A stretch of 56,861 nucleotides of DNA, the filler included, from Bipalium vagum (taxonomy: Eukaryota): assembly GCA_037834085.1 (NCBI GenBank). It is 3 parts of 3 records of this genome, joined end to end, with 100 filler letters (N's around TTAATTAATTAA, not from the genome) between each part and the next. Parts side by side here need not be neighbours in the genome. Positions count along the whole stretch, not along the records: positions 1 to 16,264 come from JBBMKC010119840.1; 2 more parts are not named here. One strand, written 5' to 3'. Both the position numbers and the translations under genes were made by a program. Each line of letters starts with the position of its first letter. Position 1 is the stretch's first letter. Under the pieces are notes generated by a model. It was not told where the DNA came from. It did no database searches and saw only the letters and a program-made list of their open reading frames with translations. Below are positions 1-13,100 of the stretch, in pieces.

Positions 1-220
1 TTGTTTAATATTTTCTTATATAGAAAAATGACTTGACCAATGTGATAAATTTACATGGTGAAAACCAATTGAAAATTAAAAAAAGTCAAAGTAACAATAC
101 GATAAAAAAGCAATTGGTTATAAAGTAATTTGAAGAAAGAAATATATTTGTAATGTGTTGATGATAAATAAGACAATTTTCTCTAATTAAAAAATTATTA
201 TTAACATTGTTTCTTTGTAG

Positions 221-295
221 ATTTCAAATCAACATTTATATGAAGCGTCAAAGGAAATTGAATTCAAACAATGTCAATGCCAATTGAACTGTTAA
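221..295 (+). other. Possible terminal exon of an upstream plus-strand gene
   Basis: Good acceptor (ttgtttctttgtag) followed by a short open frame, either ISNQHLYEASKEIEFKQCQCQLNC* or FQINIYMKRQRKLNSNNVNAN*, then AATAAA near 360. The frame is ambiguous. Confidence 0.3.
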
Positions 296-1143
296 AAGTT
301 ATTAATGATATTTAGAAAGCAAGTCTATTGATCGTATTTAAATTTGAAATTGAGAATAGAATAAATTGATAATGGCAATGAAATGAATGCAAGTTTGGTG
401 AACAAATTATTAAAGTAACTACTGTAATTATTAATTAATTATTAATTATAGATGTGAAAAGAAAAATTATATTGTTATTTATAAATTTTTATTTGAGTCT
501 TGAAATTCACTAAAGTTTATAAGTTCATAGTTATAAGAATAGATCACCATACAAAGTTAAGAAAAGAATTGAAAACTGAGTTTGAATTTATTATTCTGTA
601 TTTTTTAATATTTATAATTTTCCGCTTTATCTTTATTTCCATTTTGAAAATTGTTTTCTAATTTCTCGCAGATATTTATATTAATATTTTTTAATTATTA
701 TGAAGTTTTTATTTTACATGATTTAATAATGCATAATGTAATAATTTTAAATTAGATAGTTTTTTTCATTTTTTTATTTGATATATTTAATTGTTCTTTA
801 AAAAATAACTTTGCCGATGTTATTTTGAAAGATAATCAGTTATTTAAAGAAAATAAATCGAACACTTCTTAATAAGAAATATTTTTTTATTACTATTATT
901 ATTAATATAAACATTATTATTTTTATTATTGTTGTATAAGTGATATAATTCTGTTACTAATACTTGTGTTAAACTTTTATTTGATTAGGAAATATAAAAT
1001 TTAAATTAATACATTTGAGGCGGTATCAAAGCAAATATCAAATTAAGACTTTACAAGATACCTTATAATTGATTAATGTCAGTGAGATAACTGTTTCAAC
1101 ACACTCATTATATGTTGTGAAAAACGTAATCCACTTTACATAA

Positions 1144-4100
1144 TTACAAACCACTAAAACCCAGAGTTTGGCCTAAATAAGGAGCATTTGTTCCATTAAA
1201 TCCACTCAATGCTGGAAGATCTCCAAACACATTAACATATGACTTTTTCAAAAACTGAACGTATGTCTGCAAACTGCGATTGGTATTTTCTGCATGTTCC
1301 AGCTGTACGGTTATATCATGCAATTTACTGTTACACTTTCTTTCCGTCTCTTCGCACGCTCTACGCCATTTATTGGTTTCAGCTTGCTGTTGAGCAAGGT
1401 GGGATTCTGTCTCACGGAATCGAGATTTTAGATTTCGGTCTTTTCCAACATTCGATTCTCGTGCATTCTTAATAGAAAAAATTACATCAAAATCACATTC
1501 AGTTACATAATACAATCAGAAATCATTTGAAATACGACTAATGAAATCAAATTTAGTTTTATCTATAAGGTATTTAATGTGAAATATCTCATCATAAGTT
1601 TAAAATAAATAAAAGCAAAAAAAATAATAAAATTATTTCTTGTTAATCTGAAATAGAGTTCTGATAATACTGACTGCCTCATTTTTATAAAAAAAATCAA
1701 TATTTACAGGTTTTTTATTGTTAAAATAAAAACAAAATCTAAGTTTTTCAAAAAAGAATTAAATTGAAACAGTATAAAAAAATATATAAATTTTTCAATA
1801 TTTCCAACAATATACAGGGTATTTATTATGTATGTTAACATACTTTCATTTTAAATATTTTAACAAACAATAAAGATAAAAGTATGTAACATATATTTAA
1901 AAACAAATACAATAAGTAATTATATAATTTGACGCCCGTTGATAGCTAGGCAATGGCTTAATCGAGACAGTACATTTAGATATGCTCGCTGGCACATTCC
2001 AGTATCTACTTCATTACAAACATGACCGGTTTTATCCTTGGGCTCAGCGATTGTATGAGGTCTGTCTCTATACACATTTTGTTTTATATATCCCCATAAG
2101 AAGACAAATATATTATAATGTGTGAATTGATTCTTCTCGTTATGTCAATTAATTAATGATTTTTTTTAAAAACATATTAATCAATTACTTCTGATTTATT
2201 TTGGTTTAAAACTATTTTAATAATATTTCGGTAATAAACGTTTGGAATTGTAAGAACACTTGTTTAATTCAATAAAAATATCAAAAATTTAACTGCAAAA
2301 ATAACACTTCAGGGAAATGCTTCTATTTCCGGCTTCTATTTGAAAAGATAATAGCCAAAGCTTATCGTCAAACAGTTCCGAGCGATAAATTATGCTGAAG
2401 ATGGTTAAGACGTTTCAAGATTCATCATTTCATTGTCTAAGACAAATCTCATTCAGGTTGATCAAATTGATCCATGTCAATCTAAAAATGCCCTCGTTCA
2501 ATTGTTAAATGTTGAGAATAACAACAATTCCTGTGATTCTGGCAACCATGGGAAAGATTTATAAAGGAAATTAGTTGTCATATAAACTGAAAGACAGATG
2601 CCTAAAGAGGTGAAACACAATGTGTAAAATCTTACTTGAAAAGCAAAAAGGAATTTTTTGCACCGCATTGTATAACTTTCATAATATTAAACAAAAAAAT
2701 CGAAATCTAAAACAGAAAGCGGAACATTTACAGAAAAAATGTATTGATCTGTATATTGTTGGATCAAAGCGGCGTAGTATATGAAGAGTTGTGAAAAGAG
2801 TATAAAATCATCATTGCTGAAATTTAAAAACAATAATTAATTGATTTTAACAATGGGTATAAAAATAAGTGACCGGAATATTAAAAGAGACACAGCAAAG
2901 TTATCTCCCAGTTTAATAACGCCTGATCACATTTTGCAAAGATAGTGAAGGTTACTTAGAAATGTCTTTCGAATGTTAGTGACTCAAGTGACAGAAGGTT
3001 TCGGAACAACATTTCAACAATTACAAAAAAATAGAAAGATAGTTCAAAGAATGGATCAATTCGAAAGACGACTTGTTTTCCGTCAATGATTTCATTAATT
3101 GCCAGTCAGTTGGGAAAAAATTATGGCAAACGATAGACAGTACTTTGATTAATATTTTTCTTATAAAGTTTTTTGTATTACGAAAACTGACCGAAGTAAT
3201 TAACAGGCATAATGTACGTAATATATTTATATACTCCACACCTTTAAAAACCAGTTTTATTTATTTTAGAAAAGAATTTGTAAGTCTAGTTTGTTTAATT
3301 GTTGTAATATTGATTATTCTAGATGGCTCTATATAATGATAAGAAAATATTAATCCTAATCCAGTATGAGAGGATTCTCATGAAAACTGGCAAAGTACGA
3401 AACAATTGAAAGTCTATGCGATGCATTCATTGTTAACAAAGATTACGAACGCGACTTACGAAAGAAAACTTTTGAAACAGGTACTCTTTTAAGAAAGAGT
3501 GGTTCAGGAAGAAAGCATATCAAAGGATATTTCTGACAGACGACAAGGAGTTGTGGCATCTATTTGGAAGTGAAGATCCTCTAGCATTATGTGTATTATG
3601 TCTGAGGAAATTGAGATTCAAGGAATTATCAAAGAAGGAATGCGACTTATTTTCAGAAAAGCATATCCTGCTAAATGATGACCAAAAATTGAAGAGTCTA
3701 AAATGGTGTCAACGGAATCGTCATCATCAATGGAAGGATCATGTTGACATAGATGAGAAGTTTTTTCAGTTGTATCCTTTCCAGCGGGAACGATATCACG
3801 ACATCAGTCCGCGAGGAAAACAGTTACTACTCAATAAAAGTAATCCACCAAAGATCATAATTTTCATAAATATTGCGAAGCCTAGTGTTGAAAATGAATT
3901 TAATGGATTGATTGGTATCTGGAGGATTCAGAAAATGTCAAGGCCCAGTGTTCTTCGAAAAATCATCATAAGGGTGACTCATACAAAATTGATTGCACAA
4001 TAACGGCATAGTATTTTATAATTTGATGACCATTAAAGTTATGCCTATAATTTGTAACAAAATGCAGTCGTGTCAGAATGTGACGGTACAAATGGAAATG

Positions 4101-7100
4101 CTCAGTATAACCACTATTAACCAACCAGCATAGTCGCCAGATTTAAATGCAAACGATCGATTTTTCAAGTCTCTCAATAAGCGAATTCTTATGAATAAAT
4201 GTAAAAATGTTGAAGAATTGTAATTTTCATGAGAAGAGAATTTCTGGTCAACTAAACTTGAAAGATTGATTTCTATTTTTAAATCAAATCTCGGAAAGTA
4301 GCGGGAAGTATAAAACAGAAATATTGAAATTTTAATGTACCACGTTCGTCATATTAAACTTTTTTTTAATATTATATCTTACTTTATTATAATCAATTTT
4401 AATAAATCGGGTTTTTTATGGTATGGAGTTTAGAGATGCTAATAGAGTGACTATATCAAGAAAAATAATGTTTTTGCTTTTATATTTTTAGTTATTGTAT
4501 TATCATTTTTATTTATTTTGTGAACCCTAGAGATAGATCATCTTTATATAAAAAATCCTTTTAATAATTTCACAATTAAACAAATTCACTCATCATAGAA
4601 GATAATAATAATAATAATCATCATCATCATAAAATATTAATTTTAACTAATTCACACACAACTTAAAAATATACATATTGAATGTGCTTTGTGGATTTCT
4701 TTGAGAAAACAAAATATATCATAATTAAATCAAGTGTAAATAGGCTTACATCAACATTTCGCTGCGAATCGGTTAAGGCAGTTTCTAATTGACGCATCAA
4801 TGAAGCATTCTCTCGAACCAAATCATCAACCTTATATCGATTATCCGTAACAGAGCTGTCCTTTTGTTGAATAGCATGTTTCATCTCAGCATTTTGACTT
4901 TCCAATTTAACGATTTTCTTTCCTAATTCCTCAATTTTCAACTGATTCGTCTGATTAGATTTCTCTGAAATCTGATATGAAATTAAATTTAACCAAAGTA
5001 TTCTCCGAAATGATCATCCAAAAAGACCTCTAATTTTTCTAACAATTTCGATAATTTATAATTCTGATCACTGTTTTCATCTTCATTTTCATCCGACAAC
5101 GTTCTTTGAATACTTTTCATTTCTTTTTCCACGTCCCTCAGGCGAGATTCGCACTGATCAGCTAACGACCGGAGACTTTCATTTTCCTGATCAGTTATAA
5201 TAAAATGATGATCATGTATAAAATAATCCACAACTTTTTCCTTACACTTGAACTTTAAAAATATCATTCACCTAACCCTGATAACAACATTCAGATTATT
5301 TTTTATGTACATTAAAAATAAACATTTTATTTTATTTATTAATTTTACAATAAAATACTTAAGTCAAAACTTAGAAAAGCTAACAGTTAACATTTTAGAA
5401 GCTTTGAGAAAAAAGACCTTCTTAAGCAAAGGCTTAAGGTCAGATCATATGTTCTTCCATAATCCAATATGAAACAGGCAGAATAAGGTGAGTGGGTTAA
5501 GTAATTAAACATCAATAAAATCATAGTCAATATTTGTCTAATATTTTGTAGACAGAGTTATATTTTTTATTATACTTTCACTTTTCATCCGAATAGAAAC
5601 GTGTACATTATACTTTCAATAATGAACAGAATTTATAATATAATTAATATGTAAACAATACTAAATGACTACTGAATAATTTATGCGCAACAGTTACAAC
5701 TGTGTTTCAGTAAGCGAAAATCATGCACATTTTTAATCCAAACTTTTATTACATACAATGTATGTCGTACATAATTATATATTGCTCGTTTTTTTTCTTA
5801 AGATTATAAAGTAAACAAAAATGATTGTTTAACATTTTAGAAATCGTATTTTGATCGGTTCAGACAAATTTTGATCTAATAGTAATTCGAGTTGTGTCAT
5901 CAAAATTTTTTTCTGCTAGCTTCCATTACCTGTTCTTGTGTTTCTTCAACTCACAACAAGATTTAAGCTTAATTTTTGGTAGTTGATAGTCCACTTACAA
6001 ATCGTCGCTACTATGGATTAATTAAAGTTTTTTTAATTCATCTTTGAAATCTATTTTCACAAGAGAGCAAAATTTTATTAAAATGTAATAATAATAAATA
6101 AAACTAAACTCTTTTTATGCAAAACGTAAAAAGTTCACACAGATTGTGGCAAAACTTTATCAAGTATAAATTAATTGATCTCTGATCTCAAATTAGATGA
6201 TTCGCTATTTTCTGTGAAAATTTGGTTTATAAATGATGAAAATTGATCAAGTGTATCTGATTAGGTAATTATTCTTAAATGAATAGATCTTTATAGAATA
6301 GTTCAAAAAGTACTTAGACCGCTTTTTATTAACTATCAGTTCTAGACATAAAATTAAGAAATATTCTGAAAAAAATAATTTCATTTAAAAATTTCTTTAC
6401 TTAAACTCAAACTTAAACAATTAAGTCTGAAATAAAATTTTAAAATATAATCGTGAAAAATAAAGTCACACAAACTCTGAGGATCACCGAAGAAATATAT
6501 TTCACTAAAACCCTTATATCATCTTAGGTAAGCGACTGTGTCAACTCAGAGCTAATTTGTGAATGTTAAACAAAATTGTTAAGTACATTCTAAAAGAACT
6601 TAAAATAATAATAAAAAAATCCTTACATCAAAAAATAAAAAATATTTCACAACAAAAATAAAATAAATATAGGGGACCGCAAAAAAACTTCGCTTTTTCT
6701 AAATTATTTATTATACTACAAAACCATATTTTATAATATTATAATAATAATATATAATAAAAATATAATTTAGTAAAAACGAAGTTTTTTTGCGGACCCC
6801 TATATATTAAAAAATATAATTATTTTTGAAATTTTAAATTAAAATAAAAATTGTTTAATTATATTATATTTTCTTGTTGTTATTATTATTTTTTATTTAT
6901 TTATTTTTTTGTTATAATAGAACATATCCATGTATTTACCCGCTTTAAATTAATAATTATTCTTTCTTTATCATCTTTCATTAACTGCCTCTGTAACTGT
7001 TCACTTTCATCAACCATGTCGTTCATATCTTTCATATTTCTCTGCTCATCGGGATTGGTAGACTGTAAAAATCGGGATTGTAAATTTCAATGTTAAAATA

Positions 7101-10100
7101 ATAAATAAAATCCAAGAATTGTTATAAGTATTCATAAGTTCTTGTTGCGCGGTTATCTATAAGCGATAACTTTAATACTTTTATGTCCTTATAATTTATC
7201 TGAAAAGAATTTAATCAGCAGCATTTCTATTTGTGAAATTTATTGAAAAGAGATGAACTTGGGCCATTTTTTAACAACATGATACCTACCAATAAAATTG
7301 GATCACATATGATAATAATATAAGAAAAATATTATCTAAAAAGGACGAAGCTCCTCAAACTAATGTAGACCAAAGATTATCTTCAAGAAAAGTGATATTT
7401 TCTGTTTTCTGGAATTTGAAAGGAATCGCGCATTAAGAGCTGCTAGAACCTGGTTAAACAATTTATTCTGTATCCTATTGTTAGTAACTTAACAGATAAA
7501 ATCAAAGGATGAAAAAATCTGTATTGATTTATTCAACAGAAGGATAGTTGTGTTCCATTAAAAAACTCCCAGCCTTAAACATTTTAATAACTCACCAAAA
7601 ATTGAAATACCTATCCGGAAGTTCTGTTATATGTCTAGCTTATAGTTCAGATCTGTAACATCATATTACTATTTGTTTCTGTCTCTTCAGAATTTTCTTA
7701 ATGCAGTTCCAATGGTTTCAAAAGAAGACTGTAAAAAGTACATTATATAACTTTTCAGAACTTCAGCAGTGATGGAATTATGAATTTACAAGATAATAAA
7801 TAGCGAAAGGTTCTTCAAAACACTAAACGATAGAAAATTATTCATTCAAAATGAACTGGAAAATAATGGGAAAACCTTAGAACACATCGGAATGCATAAT
7901 TTATATTACAGGTCTTCATAAACGTAAAACCTTAAATAAAAATAAAAGCCGAGCATGAGTCACAATGATATGTTACCCATGTTAAAGTTGTATCTAAAGA
8001 TTCGTGATCATTATTCTGAAATTGAGTTTCATTCAGATTCTTTTGACAATTTTCTCTTCCAAAATGTATCTGGTCATAACAAATTAAACATTTATAATTT
8101 TATTTATTAATAATATATATAATAATAAAATAATAAAGCATAATAACCTGAAATTTTATAATATTAATAATTTCAATATTTTTATTTTTGTAGCACGATA
8201 AATAAACAAACAAATATATATATGAAGCCAATAGCATTTAACGCCAAATGTTGCGAAAAACGATATATTTCGCAAAAATAAAAATAAAAAGATTATTCTT
8301 TACCGAGTGCCAACTTTTTTTTAATGACAGATTATCTAAAGAATGATATCGTAAACTATCTGGACAGTGATCACAATGATTTTGTCCATATTTGGTTCTA
8401 ATGGGTTCATGTTGGTTCAAACGATCTAGGTCCAATTTCCTTTGCTGATCGAATAAATTATTGTAACAAATTACACTTTTAATTTTGTTAGAAAAAAATT
8501 TCTAAAAAAGATAAAAATAATATTTACAAGAATTTCTTCAATTTGTCTTTCCTTTTCAGCTAAGATGGTTGTTAATTCCAGAATTGATTCCTCCGCTTTT
8601 AAAGCCCTTTGCTTCTGAGCTCGGGCTGCTTTTTTCAATACATCTCTGTCATTATATGAGCGAGACTTAGGATTTTTCAGTAATTCTATCAAATTCTCTT
8701 TATCCAGCCGTTCTTTAATAAGTTCATTTTCCAAAGTTCTTATTTGCACAGATAATCTGTAATTTAAAAAAAAATTATTATTTAAATGATTTTAAATAAG
8801 AAAAGGATTGATTATTTATTCAAAAATTTTGTAGAAAACAAATAGTAACGGATATTTCCAATTAGTATCCCTACTCCAAACAGTATCTCCATTCTTAAAA
8901 TAAACATGCAGATACTATTTATAATAATATCCAATGTTAGTACACTGGTGGCCAAATAAATGTAATACACTTTTTCATTAATTATTTTTTAACTTTCAAT
9001 TAATATATTTTCAACCAATATTTACGAATTCAATTGAATAAATTAACAATCAATGTTTGTGACCCTATATCCAGCATCAAGTACGATTCGTCTTGCGGTA
9101 GGTAAGCAGCAGGTTAATTTATTCACTTTTATTCATTCATAACCAGCTTTGGTCACTGGCTTGAAACGATTCTTTTGACACTCAAAACCAAAGCTGCTTT
9201 TTGTTTTTCTGTTGTTCTGGAAAGACGGCCAAATGCAGTCTTTCTGTCAACATTGCCTTCTTTTCGAAATTGGTCCCAGCACTTTTGGATTGTCGTAATT
9301 GTTACAACCATTCTTTGTGCGACATTACTGATGCTCATACCAGCCTCCAATAATCCACATAGAAAGCCTTTTTGAAATTCTGATAATTGCACCATTATTT
9401 ACAGCAATAAGTGAATAAAAAGTGAATAATCTTAGTGAATAATCTAAATCAAATACCACAACGTAATATCTATATAATTCCTAAAAACTATTTTTTCAAA
9501 ATTCTTCAAATTTCATAATAAAAGTGTACTACTTTCTTTTGGCAACCAGTATATTTGGAAATATTCGTTAATTAATTATTTGTTTATTTTTAATGTACAA
9601 AAATATTTTTAATTTGAAATCAATAAAAAAAATAAATAATTTGATTTCAAATAAATAATTTAACGATGTTAATGGATTGAAAAATTACATCGAGACTTAT
9701 TGACAATATTTTTTTAATTTAATTAACGAAATTAATTAATTAAGGAAAATTTGAAAATATAAAAATTATTTAAAATTTAAGAAAATTAATGTTTAAAAAA
9801 AAAACAATTGTGTAGCTTAACAGATGTGACATAAATAATTAGTAACTGGCCGGAAATTTTGACTTTGTTTAACTTTATGTTTAACCCTTTTAATATTGAC
9901 CCAAATTTTCTTCATTTTTACTTAAATACTATTGACTAATAAACGATTAAAAAACGAACTAACATGCTTCAGCCTACTATATTTTTTATTAAATAATTTA
10001 AATAATATTTCCAATAAAGAATTTCCAGATTCAAGATTAACTAGTAAAAACAAAAAAACATTAAAATAATAACAATTTTGATTGTTTGTCACTTTTTATC

Positions 10101-13100
10101 GATTCATCTTATAAAGTATTAATTGTAATATTATTCAATTCAGTTAAATATAAAGTAAAACTGTATTGTTTTCAGTTAAATAATTTAATATTTACCGATT
10201 ACAATCTCCAGATTTTTGCTTCAACTGCTGCTGCAAATGACCCTTAAGGTTTTCAAGTGATTCGTGAGTACTGGCGAAATTGATCGATTCCTCATTTTTC
10301 AATGCCAATTTTTTACGAAGATCATCAATCAAACGATCTTTATCGCGAATATCGTGTTGAAAATTAGAAATATCTTCTTCGAAATCTTTGTGTCTTTTAA
10401 TTAAAATTGTGTTTTCTCGTTCCAATTCTGTGTGGCCAATAACTTCCTTTTGTTGTAATTCTTTTAATAATTCTCTCAAATTAACATTTATGGACTTAAA
10501 ATCAAACAGTCTGGACTCAGTATCATGAAACAGGGTTCTGATTCTGTCAATGTCATGACTGTTGATCTCGTGCCCCTCTTTGAAAAATGATTTCAAAAAG
10601 TCAAATACGTGCTGCATTTGGTGACTCGACCTCTCACCAGCCAATTCAGCTTCTATCAATAGCTGGATGAGTCTATCGGAATCTTGGTTAATATTCATAT
10701 TTGATCGGGATTTACAGAGATTATTTTTGAGTGAATAATTTTCTTTTTCAATTGAATCATTTTCCTAAAATTTATTAAAACTCTTATCCAATGTTAATTG
10801 AAAATCTTAAGTCAAAATAAAAGATCATATAAAATAGCAAAAAGACGATAATTTAAAATCTACAAATTTTAATATCCGTTAGAAATGATATTTTAATGCA
10901 TTATTTTTTCACAAAATTATTATTATTATTATTACCTACAATAATCAAGAAAATAATAATAATAACTCGCTTTCAATACTCCATCCATGAAAAGTTATAT
11001 TTTTAAGAGTAAGAAAATCAATCATCAAAATTATATACAAATATATAATTAAAACCAATATAATTTATTATGAGTATTCAATAAATTAGAGGTACCTAAT
11101 TAACTATTTATTTTTTACGGGTGATCGGAAAATTTTTGAACAAAATAAAATATATTTTTCTAAATCAATTTGAATATTTATTTCATAATTTTTAAAATAC
11201 AAAAATACAATGTTAGTTTATTTTAGGAAGACTATCTGTTCTAGGTAGACCATTTTTAAGTAATTTGATGACTCGACAAAATTAGTGCTCTTGGATTACG
11301 TTCATCTTGAAAATGTTTAATGATAAAATTTTTAATTCGTTTCGAATATGCTCATTTTTCTATAAAGGTTTTCATCGTAGTCATGTGCAAATCTATACGC
11401 AATTGATTTTTAATTTAAAGGTTTAAGTGTTTTTTTGCAATATGTTTTATGCCAAAACATTCCGACTACCCATCAATTTCAATTTTATAAATCAAAAAAA
11501 AGTTTTCAATCTTTTCTTGAAATATTCAACTACCTGCTTCAATTCTTCAGTCTCATCGTCTTGACTATCATCTCCTTGTGTATGTCCTTTTTCAACTTTT
11601 AACTGTTCTCGCAAGTCGTCGACTTCTTCTAGAAGATCATTTATTTGCTGTTCATAATCTTGCTGATTGTTTTCTGCTTCTGCATCATTATAAAATGAGG
11701 CTATGGGTGACTTGGAAGCTAATTCAATATAATATGTAAATCAGAATCGAACATTTAATTAATTATCATGCAAAATAATTATGTGGATTACTATAACCAT
11801 GCAATATATATAGAAATCAAGTAAGTACTTTTATAATGGCATTTACAAAAGTATTGATATGTTGTTTGATTCCTACAACCTGGAGAATGTAAAAGAATAA
11901 TTGAAATTAGCAAAAGAAATAATTTAAAAAACAAATACACAATAACATAATCTGTAAAATACGACTGAAAAACTTTCTCTGTGAATTTATTTAATAAAAG
12001 ATATTCAGTAGATTATTTTATTGTTCAGATGGTTGCCTAATTGTGAGACCTTTCCAACAACTTTCAATATTTATTTTATGAAAAATAAGTCGATTGAACT
12101 TAAAATATTTTTCCTCGTAAAATGAGAGCTCCATTCATAAATTTGATTAAAAAGCTATTAACCATCAGTAATAAGACCTCTCAAGAACCAGTACAATCGA
12201 CACCCGATTTCATTTATTACAGTGCGCGTGAAGTCTGTTCACCCAATATAAAAATTACAAATTTTAATTGAAAAGAATATTTTAAACAACCAAATTTGTT
12301 AAATACACAAGTCTTAATATTTAATAGGATATCCATTTGATTTTTTAACCAATTCTAATCTTTTGAGCATCGAGAATAAAATTTTTTGGCATAGATTACG
12401 AGAAAAGTTGATCATTTGCTTTTGACTTAATTCCATAATTCTTGAGCAGAATTTTGTTTCATTGGTCTTAGTTGGCCTTTAAGGATACCCTAAATATTTT
12501 CTATGGAATTCAGATCAGAAGAATTACCTGTCCAAGGTATAACATCAATATTTTTATTTTTTAGGAAATCCTGGGTAATGTTGGCATTAAGAGGTGGAGC
12601 CAAATCATATTGAAAAACGTATGCTACTTTTGGAACGACTAAGCATTTTCCAACTATTTCTTTTTCATGAATTATCTCTTTTTGATATCTCTCGGCATTC
12701 ATATTTCCATTGATTCCTTTCAGAAGTCCAACTCAATTATTGTTGAAGCAACTCCAGACATTTATGGATGGACCATGTCCCATAACTAGATGGTTGAAGG
12801 CAGGGTTGCACTTTTGCAATGCGGTTCTTCGAATCAATAATTTATTTGATGAAGAATATAACAGAAAGAAACACTCGCTGGTGAATATCATATCTTCTCA
12901 TTTATCTGCATCCCAAGAACTGTATGTCTTGAACCAGGAAAGTCTTTTGAGAGGTTGATGAATTCTCAAATACGGCTTCTTAATTGCTGCATAACCTCGA
13001 GTATTATAGTATTAGTTCAACATTTAAGTAATAATTAACGATTTTCTGTTTTTTTAATAAAATTAGATAAAAAATTAGAATAATTTATTAAAGCTAACAT

